Origin: Eledone cirrhosa
Taxonomy: Eukaryota
Length of the DNA stretch: 64,000 bases
Assembly (NCBI GenBank): GCA_964016885.1
Contig: OZ024742.1
Location: 355,136,001-355,200,000, forward strand
Direction: 5' to 3'
The notes below the pieces were generated by a model. It was not told the DNA's origin. It saw nothing but the letters and a program-made list of their open reading frames with translations, and did not search any database. This document shows, one piece after another, positions 38,331 through 51,143 of this stretch. Both the position numbers and the translations under genes were made by a program. Position 1 is the first letter of the stretch, and each line of letters opens with the position of its first letter.

Positions 38331-40799
38331 AGCATCTCATCTGCATATATCCTTTGACTGGTTTCGGAATCTCATCCATGTGTAGGATAAGGATTTTAAT
38401 AAAGCCTTTGAACAAGCGAAATAAACACACGTACGATATGTATAGTTCAAAGTATTCGGCCATATATACAGGGATATCCAAGCAACAATAAACTACTACC
38501 CTATCCCATACACGTGCAGAACCTTCTACAAAACCATGTGTAATAATCAAAATATATCGACAAAAGTTTCTAGTGGAATCTAATGTTGCATACTCTTAAT
38601 ATTATTTACTACTTTAAAACTTTCTCCTTGCGTTTTATTGAAAGGAAAATCCACTCGGTCAAATCTGTATCAATTACATCAAATGTAATGACCCTCATAC
38701 ATTCTATATGAGAGTCATCACTCTAATCTGTATTGTCCATGTTATTGTGATATTATTGTAATCAACCTCTGTATATAAAGTGACGGACTGTTCACATTTA
38801 TAGCAACATAATATTATAACTCGGGATAAAAACATAAAAGCAGACTCGGCAGTGTACAAATACTTTGCTTTAGTTTCTAGACGATTTATAAAACTGTTAT
38901 ATATTGTTCAATATAGAAAAACATAAAGAAAATAATATATAGTAGGTTGCCTTGACTCAGAATCAGAACATCAATAGTCAATATATGTATAGCGAATCGT
39001 GGATTAATGGATCTTTTGAGACGTAGTTACGTCTTCCTGCAGTAACATATTTAGTGTTGCCAATGCAGTCCACCACTGTTCTCTTCGATTCATATTGATA
39101 TATTCATTTTTATCCAATAGCTTCGTAATTCGTCTTCTTTTTCAAGACAATATCATAAGATTTGCTTCCTTAGACTATTATTAGAATCTAAAAATGGCGG
39201 AATGCTGCAGATTGGTTCCGTAATTTAGCATTAGTTTATACAATCTCTGTTAACTCATTATTGATAATCTATATTTTGTCTATATTGCTTGTTCACCATC
39301 GACACCCTCCCGTTGAGGGAATTAGATTCAGCTCTTAGCATTGATTCCAAATTCTATATTAAATGATAACAACCAACGACCCGTTCGAAAAATCAAAAAA
39401 AATCCATTCTAATTTTAACTAAAAATAAGCATTTTAAACGACCATATATCACGAAAGGGTAAAGTTGAAAAATATATCGAACTCTTTTCTGTGACCGATA
39501 TTGTGTTGTGTTATGAATAAGTCTAGACAAATAGCTATTAGTAATGTATATTTACTTTCGTATTAGCTGTTTTAACTACAAATGCTTTTCTCCTGAAGTC
39601 CACCACTAGAACAGTTAATCTTCTCTTTAATACAAAAACAAAAAATATTAATTAAATTCTAAAATAAACGTACTAAATTATGAAATAAGACATGGATATT
39701 TTTTAAATCTTCAAGAAGATTACATAAAATAGGTTTTAGAAATGTTGATAATATATTTCTCTCTCTCCTTCTCCCGCCCCTTCTCTCTCTCTCCTTCTCC
39801 CTCTCCTTCTCTCCTTCTCCCTCCCCTTCTCTCTTATAGATTTATCTATTTATTTCAATCTTGTTCTATATGATTATGTAGAAATATCCGCAGGATGATC
39901 TTAACTTTTCTCGACAAGAGGAAATCAAATTATTACAAAATAAAATGTTGCAACAGGAAAATATATCCTAAATATCTCAAATTTATAAAATACTTCATGT
40001 GGTTTAGATATAACCACGTTTGAGAATAGATAATTAATATGCACACAGATGCAGATATATACGAATACAAATACACAAACACAACATTTCTGTCACCCCC
40101 TGTATCCTACTCTCTCCCACACCTTCTATGAAAGAACAGTAAATGTCTGTGATACGTACACAACTAGTTTGCACAGAGGACATAACATTCGCGACTTATG
40201 CTGTTACATATTCAGTGCATGACAAAAATGAAACATATTTAACTCATATTTTTTATTTTTAATGTGTATTCAATAGGCTCATAGTTGTATATTTTTAAAA
40301 ATACATTGTATAGAAATATAACACCCCCAAGTATATACACATTCACACAGACACCTATAATGTTGTCTGCATATGTATGTGTATTTGTTTGTAAATATTC
40401 GAACCTATTCATAGAATACAGACATATACATACATAGTTGCACAGGCATAAAATTGTCTGCATATGTGTATGTATGTGTGTATAAGTGTGTATAAATATC
40501 CGCATCAATACATACCGTTAGCGGTCATTCACTCATAATTTATAATTTATCAAAATGAAATGTTTTTCAAATCATTTAGGCTGACGCCATGATTCATATT
40601 TATTTGAAAAATAGAGAATGTAAGGTTTTACAGACAATAGCTACGAAGAGGTAAATTTTATAGAGTGAAATAGAGAAACAACGAGGAATTGTATGCAAAT
40701 TACAGGATTTTATGAGGTGAGGCAGTAGTAATAATTATAGTAGAGACTGAGAGAAGTATCAATTAGGGATATTTTGAATGTAGCATAAGATAAGAAGCG

Positions 40800-40846
40800 C
40801 GGCTGTGATGACGGTCTCCGAAAACCGGAAATAGTGCATGTAAGTG
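40800..40846 (+). ncRNA. Degenerate type I hammerhead-like motif
   Basis: GTGATGA, stem II CGGT/ACCG, GAAA, weak stem III, GTA site. About 20 nt before (TA)n. Confidence 0.4.
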
Positions 40847-40949
40847 TCTGTGTGAGTTCGTGATAATATATATATATATATTAAAGGATCGATCGACTTT
40901 CCTCGGTTTTTTCAGTTGCTGGTACTATCTATCGGTCGCAATTCCAGGT

Positions 40950-41032
40950 AGAAGGAGCAACTTGTAATAAAGTGACTTACTCAAGGACATAACGCATCGA
41001 TCGGTCCAGGAATCGAACTCACAACCTCAAGA
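40950..41032 (-). mobile_element. tRNA-SINE family 2 fragment (CORE-like body)
   Basis: Minus strand GAGTTCGATTCC (B box)...GTCCTTGAGTAAG.CACTTT. Homologous to 55504-55650. Confidence 0.7.
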
Positions 41033-41034
41033 TT

Positions 41035-41069
<35 letters not shown>

Positions 41070-41074
<5 letters not shown>

Positions 41075-41262
41075 AACCAGTAAGACCCCGACAGCTGAGC
41101 TCAAGCCGTTTCGACGGCTAATTCTGGACCAGAATTAGCCGTCGAAACGGCTTGAGCTCAGCTGTCGGGGTCTTACTGGTTCCTATTACCCACTCTACTA
41201 CCTCAAGTATTGAGTACTTTGGTGCGTTATGGTCCACCTGGTTCCTTACCACATTTCCTTCG

Positions 41263-41263
<1 letters not shown>
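41070..41263. repeat. Fold-back element: perfect 58-bp inverted arms with a 1-nt spacer plus a 3' extension, within (TA)n
   Basis: 41070-41127 is the exact reverse complement of 41129-41186. Confidence 0.95.
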
Positions 41264-41312
<49 letters not shown>

Positions 41313-42022
41313 GGGGGGGTGGATTAACTTTATATCTGTAAATAGAGGGACTCACTCAATAACATCTAGATTTTCGTTTTAGACACTTTTTTTCATGTCA
41401 AGCTGGATGGTAGTGTTTTAATATTTACTATTTATATCCAATATAATATGTCCGTGTATGTTCATGTGCTTGGTTATTTATTTATACCATTACTGTATGA
41501 AACGTTGGATGTGTGCTTGTATTAAAATACCTTTTGTTAAGACATATTTATCAAGTTATTTACATACACATTACGATTGAGGTTGACAATCTGTATGATA
41601 TATCTTCTACCAAATGATAGTAGTAGCTTATATATATTTACTCAACTTCTCTAGAATTGAGGACCGGAAATCTATGTGCTGTGGCACTAAACAATATGAC
41701 ATTTTAGGATCTTACTCATCGTATAGGAAAGTTCAGCAACGATAGAATCCTGAGGCTTGATCCAATCAATTATTGTGGCTATTGATACGAAAGTTGTGGA
41801 ACAAGTTAAGTATCCAAAAGGCTGTAGGGATACTATATCTTCACTATTAAAATTCAGTTCCGATGTGAAATTATGGATTCAACAGTATCCGGTGATCTCC
41901 CACAGATCTGTATCGAATATATAGTAAATTATGTTTATCACAATCAAATGTATAGCACTAGCTCAAATACTCCCCAACTCACAATTACATATATACATAC
42001 ATACACACACATATGTGAAACT

Positions 42023-43460
<1,438 letters not shown>

Positions 43461-44464
43461 GCTGAAGCAATGTAGCGACCATCGTAGTAGCAGTAGTAGT
43501 AGTCATATCGGGACCAACAATGACAGTAGCAGTGGTAGTAAGATAAAGTGGAGGAGTAAATATATCCACAACGTCGAAAGAACGAAAGACACAAGGCGTG
43601 CTTCATGACGTTCTAACGCATAAGACTTTAATTGTATTAAAATGTCAATATGAATAGACTTTTAAGCTTTTCTATTTAGATGCTGCGTTTGCAGAAATGA
43701 TTTATGAATATTATATGCAATAGAAAAGAATAATATAACCTCTAAAAAAACTTTGGATTATATTCATTTAAATTTCTCTATTTATCTAATATATATTTTG
43801 TTTGTCGTTTCAGTACGATGTGTGTTTGTTAATACAAAAATGCGTGAAATGTGAATGAAAGAAAATTCATTCTGACAATTTAAAAAAAAGATAGAATGTG
43901 TAGATTGATATTATAAGAGTAGAGGAAGTGAGGCTTTAAAAAGTTTACATAACCTACTGCAAGAAGAGAATGACCCCTGTGCAAGTAAATGACATTTGTT
44001 TAAATCTTGCCTCAACAGAGAAACAACAAATGAAATTATAAGCAACGAGTTGTATTTCATTGTAAACACGTATTTTACCAATGTAAATGATATAAATTAC
44101 TACTACCAATTAAACTTATAATTTTTGCACAAAGATATATTCTTATGAAGAACAGCATTTTGTTCTTCAATTGGTATTAAATACAGCACAGTTTGAGTAG
44201 TAGGGGCGCCATATTTAAATACAGTTTTTGTTAGGCATGTTACACCCTACACACCCACACACACACACATATATATAAATATATATATATATATATGTGT
44301 GTGTGTATATATGTGAGTGCGTTTGTTTGGGCGTGCGGGCGTTTGTTTTATGTATCGGTGTAAGTGTGTGAATATATTACATTTCTTCCAGAAAAGGTCA
44401 GAGAGTGAGAGAATGTAAAAGGATTAAGAGAAATATTCGACGCTCGTATTCGATTTACATCTTT

Positions 44465-44595
44465 CGTTATCGACCTGGGTATTATGAACGATAAAGTTGA
44501 ACTCGCCGGAATTTTATCTCCGAATGCAGAGATTCGAAACGAATAGCGTGAAGCTTTCTATCCGATGCTCTACCGACTCTGTCAAACCTCCACCT
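44465..44595 (-). mobile_element. Degenerate Nin/Deu-domain SINE
   Basis: ttatcgacc...aaagttgaactcgccgga...ctctaccga, colinear with other copies. Confidence 0.55.
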
Positions 44596-44909
44596 TTGAA
44601 GTAACATTACATACAACAATAAAATGATTAAGAAAGGATTATATGAAATGAAAAAAATTGCAAAACTTATAAACAATAAACAAATAATTTATTATTGAAA
44701 GTTGTACATGATTATAGAGTTAATTATAGAGAAATAAACTGTTTAACGTATTACAACACACACACACACACACAAATAAAAACGATAAACAACGCAGCTA
44801 CGATGAACCATCAGAAATTCATAAGACATTTAGTTTCAAAATGTTAAGCAATATATTAGTGCTATTATCGATTTAAATAATACGGATGAACAGATATGTT
44901 ATCACTTGG

Positions 44910-45110
44910 ACTGCTATATTATCACGTTGATCCAGTTTAATTACTCAGCTATAGAAATGAATTGCGACGTCACTGGTGCCGAATTGTATCGGTCATGATT
45001 TTCCCTTCGACAACATCGTTGGCGTGGGGGAGGGAAGATTTTATGGATGGTCTTCAATAAAAGAATTTGCCCGGAATTGTGCCTCGGTGTAAACCCTTGT
45101 ACCCGAAACT
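44910..45110 (+). mobile_element. tRNA-SINE family 2, 3' portion
   Basis: tcacgttg.tccagttt...actcagct.tagaaatg shared with 55610-55648. Confidence 0.55.
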
Positions 45111-45184
45111 TATCTTTCACCTTTACTCTTTATATATATATATATATATATATAAAGAAAAATATATATATATGTTTATTTGGT

Positions 45185-45226
45185 TCCTCTACCGGTTTCG
45201 CAGTTCTTCTGCTTTTCAAAAGTAGA
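45185..45226 (-). ncRNA. Minimal type I hammerhead, U3-A8 core variant, in PLE pLTR
   Basis: Minus strand: TTGAAAA-GCAG-aagaa-CTGC-GAAA-CCGG-TA-GAGG. Palindromic stem III (ACCGGT). Confidence 0.75.
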
Positions 45227-46277
45227 GTTGAGATGGAGGGTCTGTGGTTTTTCTCACATCTGGTTCGTCTTTGAATATTACTTGTTTTATATGGAGAAAA
45301 GTGGCTCGAAACGCCAGGTTTTTAGAGAAGTAATTTGATTGGTTGATCAATAAGTATAATACATTTCGCGCCAGTTCGCGTTACAAAGTTCTTCAAACAA
45401 AGGGGGGACGGGACTCAGGTTGCTTTTTTCTATATGAGTGAAGTTTGGTTGGTTGATGCCGTCACGTGAGTAAGCACATCAGCTTTCGCGCCAGTTTGTT
45501 TGAATTACTTTTTACTTTAAAAAAAGGGGCTCACGATGGTTATTTCTTTATAAATGTAATTTGATTGGTTATAAATGAAATTATGGGAGTCACGTGGACA
45601 AGTTCATTAAATGTTGCGCCCGTATTTGGGAATTTATTTTGTAGTCTTTTAGAGAATTTTATGACAAACAAAAGATAATGGTCAAGAGAAATGGGATGGG
45701 AGAATTGTTCTGGTTCAGTGAATATGGCTGGTTCGCTGGGGACCAGAATTCAGACTTTCTACTGAAATAAAGGAAGTAGAAATATGTATGTTTATTTGTA
45801 TGCTTGTGTGTGTGTGTGTGTATAGGAAGATGATTCTATTAGTAGAAATGGGGGAGGGTGTTGTGTGTGTGAGTATATGGGTATTATGTATGTGTGTGGG
45901 GGGGGGAGTATTTTAAGATGTATTGTGTGTGTGTATATGTGTAGATCAAATTACATTTATGAAAAAAAGCCTTCCCGAGCCCCCTTTTTTAAGTAAAAAG
46001 AAATTCAAACAAACTGGCGCGAAAGCTGATGTGCTTATTCACGTGACTGCATTAACCGACTAAACTTCACTCATATATGAAAAAACAACATGAGGCTCCC
46101 CTCTTGTTTGAAGAACTTTGTAACGCGAACTGACGCGAAATTTATTATACTTATTGACCAACCAATCAAATTACTTCTCTAAAAACCTAGCGTTTCCAGC
46201 CACTTTTCTCCATATAAAACAAGTAACATTCAAACACCAACCAGATGTGAGAAAAACTACAGACCCTCCATCTCAAC

Positions 46278-46320
46278 TCTACTCTTGAAACGCAGAAGAA
46301 CTGCGAAACTGGTAAAGGAG
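46278..46320 (+). ncRNA. Hammerhead copy (mutated) in direct pLTR
   Basis: TTGAAAC-GCAG-aagaa-CTGC-GAAA-CTGG-TA. Confidence 0.6.
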
Positions 46321-46481
46321 CCAAATACATATATATATATTTTTTAAACTAAGATTCCAGTTGCATTTTGAATTTCATCTTTTTTTCTTTATACCTTCAC
46401 TCGTGTAGGACACGTCGGTTATTTATCATTTTGTAAAGAAACCTCACTTTCTAATACATACCCAACACACGAAGAACGAAC

Positions 46482-49400
46482 ATGACACCAAAGTCTCAAC
46501 AAAACAACAACTCACTGAACCAGGACATCTTAAATGAACTCAAAATGATTTCCTCTCAACTTTCAATTTTGACCAACAAAGTGGACCAAATACATATCTA
46601 TAAAAATGGACCCCACGAAGAAACAGAAAATACCCAACAGACAAATATTACTCCAGCATTAACTAAAGTAATCGAAACCATTGAAACAGCAATTCTCCAA
46701 AAGCTGGAACAACCATTAGAACCCAATCTACGAGATGTCCACTCAGTGAAAAAAACACCCTAATCAATATATGGACTCAAAACTCACAGCCCGCAAATTC
46801 GCTTTTTAGAATCTCCTATAAAATAATGGCAAGCAGACATATATGAAAAGTGGCTAGCTCTACCCCAATCATCCTCCCCAAAAATCTCCAAATAAAACCC
46901 ATCCCGAAAGAACCAGAAAACAAACAAATACTTGGGGAAAATATGGCGTTAGAAAACTTTAAAATAGAAATAGAACTGTTGCGATTAAGAGCCAACTACA
47001 ACGAAGAAAATTTCAAGTCACTTGACCAACAGATGGAAACAGAAATCTCAAGGTACTCTTAAGGCCTACTCTATGAAAAAACCTTAAAAGTTTGGAAGGA
47101 AAATTGTGAGGATGAAGAACTAACATCCCTCCAGCGATGCGAAAAATACGCCACCTGGTTCAACAACTACTAAATTGATTTAAAAAATGAACAACATACA
47201 TATAACCCATTTTTAAAACAAACAAAAACTCACATACCCCCAGCAAAACCTTTCTCCCTATAATCCCAGAAGCCATAGACAAAACTATAAACCTACTAAC
47301 AAAAACCGAAGATCCCCCAACACAAGACAGGACCCGATGCGCAGATCACAACCCACACAAAATTTATTCCAAAACCGTAGACCCCTGCCCACACAGAACC
47401 TGTTCCAAAATCGTAGATCCCAATTCACACAAAGGAACAAAATCTACAACACGGACAATCAACAAATCGAACCTCAATACGTCCGAAACTTCTATACAAG
47501 ACCACACAACAACAGGGGAAATGCCATTAGATATAATAATACCATTGACAAAACATTCCAGAAAAAAATCATTTTTTAGACCAAGGCTACAGGACCTAGG
47601 ACACCGGGTGGCACAAACAGATTTTGAAAAACCCAAATTAACCAATCTTTCAAATACAAACATCTCAGCTCAACAAGTTAAAATGCTCTCCAAAGGACTC
47701 AAATTCACACCAACACCAGAATACTCTAACCTCAATGAGATAAATGACGATACCTCACACTTCTGTCGAAAATTACGTCTCACATAGCAATTCTTTAACA
47801 AGAAGAATAACGACCAATCAATTCTACGGAATAAAAGCAGCTACAACCCAACGAAAGGTAGAAACAGAATTCTGGACAAATTGTCTGACCACATAGCTAC
47901 CTTCCCATACCATGAACTACCGCAACCTAAACCCAAACCCAACACGAGTTGAAGCGAAGGGGAAATTATCCATGAACTAAAAAAACAATACGGACATCAT
48001 AATTAAGGAAGCGGACAAGGGAAGTACTGTTGTCATTATGGATGCTGAAACATATACAAATTCTATATTCTAATTACTATGAAAGAGTAAAAAAACCACC
48101 ATCAATCAAAAACGATGACCAGATTAAACACACTGATTTGTCGATACCAGGAAGACTTAACTAAAAAGGAACGCGATCATTTAACACATTTTGAATACAA
48201 AACCAGCAACCTTTACGGACTTCCGATCATCCACAAGTGTAAAATAATTAACGATGCCTGTAAACAATCCAGTTCAGCCTGCGTGAACACACAATACCAC
48301 ACATACCTTAAATTAAGACCAATTCTAGCGGGCCCACAATGTGAAACACACAGACTGAGCAACATTATAGCCATACTACTAACACCAATTTTCAAACACA
48401 TACCAAGCCTTGTAACAGACGATCTGGACCTCTTAAACCACCTCACCAAACATGTCAAGAATGACATTATTATTGTGTCTTTCGATGTAGTGAAATTCTA
48501 CACAAGATCCCACACCAATAAGGACTAGAAGCAATATAATTCTGGCTAGAGAAATATCCGAATGAGATACTTCGCAGAATAGAAAAAATCTTCATCACCG
48601 AGGGTTTAAAATTTATCTAACAGAACAAATTTTTTTTATTTCGATGGCAGTACTTACAAGAAAATATCGGGGATTGCGATGGGTACAAAAGCCGCTCCAT
48701 CTTATGCCAACCTAGTCATGGCATATTTAGAAGTCCAGATATATGAACAGTCCAAATAAAAGTACGGATTGAACTTCCAGAAATAGTTATCAGAGAATTG
48801 GAAACACTACTGTGATGATTGTGTCATTCTTTGGTCCCACACACTCGAACAACTGAATGATTTCAAAAATATAATTAACGGCAACAATAACTACATCCAA
48901 TTCACAATGGAATACAGCGAAAATCAACTCCCATCTCTGGACATCTTAATCTTAAAAAAATACACAAATATTGAAACTGACATATACTACAAACCAACGG
49001 ATTCCAAACAATACCAACTATTCACCTCCAACCATCCAAAGGACTCGAAGACAAACATTCCTTTTAACCTAGCAAGAAGAATTTGCACAAGTGTCACCAA
49101 TTATGAAACGCGAAATAAAAGACTGTAAGAATTAAAGGAAATTCTACTCGAAAGACAGTACCCACCATTACTAATAAATAATGGAATAGAAAGGGCTAAA
49201 GCAATAGACACTGAAGAATTACGAAATCAGAAATAAATTCAAAGTACGTCCAATAGTCTATCATATATCTGAACACACAGCACAAGAAATGCGGAAGCTT
49301 ACAACACTATTCACAAGAACATCCCACTACTGAAACAAAACCCAAGAATGAAAAAAAGCCCTTGAAACACACAAAATCAAAAACAAAAGACAACCGAAGT

Positions 49401-49861
49401 CACTGAAAACATTACTCACCAATGCCAAATTACCTACCACAAACCCACAACCAACTGTCACAAAATGTGGTCACTCTAATTGTGGAACCTGCACTCAACT
49501 CATTGGAGGCAACACGTATGGATTCCTATCAGGAAAACATTTTGCTGTAAAAAATCACTTCAATTGCTCATCAAAAAATTTACATTATGCCATTAAATGT
49601 AAAGGATGCAATGAAGCTTATATAGAACAAACTAAACTCACACTCAGAAACAGAATGACAGTTCATCGCCAACAATTACGAGATTCAACCACGAGACAGA
49701 TACCACTAAGCGCACATCTAGACATATGCGCAAGTAATAAGACACCCAAATTCCAAGTCTTCCCAGTTTACCTTTGCGGTAAGAATACAACAGAACAAAT
49801 ACGAATAAATAAGGACAATATGTTTATTCAAAAATATAGACCAGCATTAAATATGGTTTAA
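46482..49861 (+). pseudogene. PLE RT + GIY-YIG endonuclease ORF, many stops and frameshifts
   Basis: NLS...LSKGLKFTP, IKEADKG, LYGLP.IHK, LRPI, SFDV, GIAMGTKAAPSYANL, YCDD, LPSLDI, YYKPTD, Cys linker KCGHSNCGTC, LHYAIKCKGC..YI.QT...RM.VH. Confidence 0.9.
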
Positions 49862-50950
49862 TATACATTATATCAACACCATAACATGCTAACCATCCAA
49901 ACAGACACACACACACACAAATAACACCTTCTACTTTAGAAAATAAAAACCCGAACTAAATAAACCTTAACATACGTTTGCGCTGACAATACAACAGAAT
50001 AAATACGAATAAATAAGGAAAATATGTTCATTCAAAAATATTTCTACTAACGAAATCATTTTCCTACACACGCACACACAGGCACACATACACACACAGA
50101 GAAAATACATATTCTCTTCATCTTAACATGTTAACCATACTCCAACACACACATAACACCCATACACACACACATATCACCTCCTCCCTCCAAACACACA
50201 ACTCCCTCCCCCATTTCTACTAATATAATCACTATCCTACACACATAAAATATATATATTCTCTCGATATTAACATATTCCCCCCACACACACATAACAC
50301 CCATATACACACACACACAACTCCCTCCCCCATTTCTACTACTAGATTCATCTTCCTATACACACACACAAGCACACAAATAAACATACATTTGTCTACT
50401 TTCTTTATTTCAATAGAAAGTCTGAGTTCTGACACCCCAGCGAACCAGCCATATTCACTGAACCAGAACAATTCTCCCATCCCATTTCTCTTGACCATTA
50501 TCTTTTGTTTGTCATAAAACTCTCTAAAAGGCTACATAATAAATTCCCAAATACGGGCGCGAAATTTAATGAACGTCATCACGTGACAGTCATAATTTCA
50601 TTTATAACCAATCAAATTACATTTATTTAAAAACAGCCTTCGTGAGCCACCTTTTTTGTTTAAAGTAAAACGAAATTCAAACAAACAGACGCGATAATTG
50701 ATGTGCTTATTCACGCGACTGCATCAACCAACCAAACTTCACTCATATATGAAAAAACATCTTGAGGCCCCCCTCCTGTTTGAAGAACTTTTTGTAACGC
50801 GAACTTGCGCCAAATTTATTATACCTATCGACCAACCAATCAAATTACTTCTCTAAAAACCTGGAGTTTCGAGCCACTTCTCTCCATATAAAACAAGTAA
50901 CATTCAAAGACCAACACGATGTGAGAAAAACCGCAGACCCTACATCTCAA

Positions 50951-50995
50951 CTCTACTTTAGAAAAGCAGAAGAACTGCGAAACCGGTAAACGAAC
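50951..50995 (+). ncRNA. Hammerhead copy (mutated U4) in 3' pLTR
   Basis: TAGAAAA-GCAG-aagaa-CTGC-GAAA-CCGG-TA. Confidence 0.6.
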
Positions 50996-51143
50996 CGAAT
51001 AAATATATATATATTTTTTTAATAAGATTCCAGTTGCATTTTCGATTTCATCTTTTTTTCTTTATACTTTCACTCGTGTAGGACACCTCCGTTATTTTTC
51101 ATTTTGTAAAAAAACTCACTTTCTAATAAATAATATATATATA

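Larger units (their letters stand above)
45160..51127 (+). mobile_element. Full-length Penelope-like element (family 1, probably Neptune-type) with an inverted 5' pLTR, a direct partial pLTR and a 3' pLTR
   Basis: Inverted pLTR about 45160-45900, direct copy about 45946-46455, interrupted ORF 46482-49861, 3' UTR/pLTR to 51127. Confidence 0.92.

Noticed and set aside
38900-39330. Moderately complex sequence, possibly an exon or old TE
   Set aside because: No ORF, splice pair or motif that I can support.
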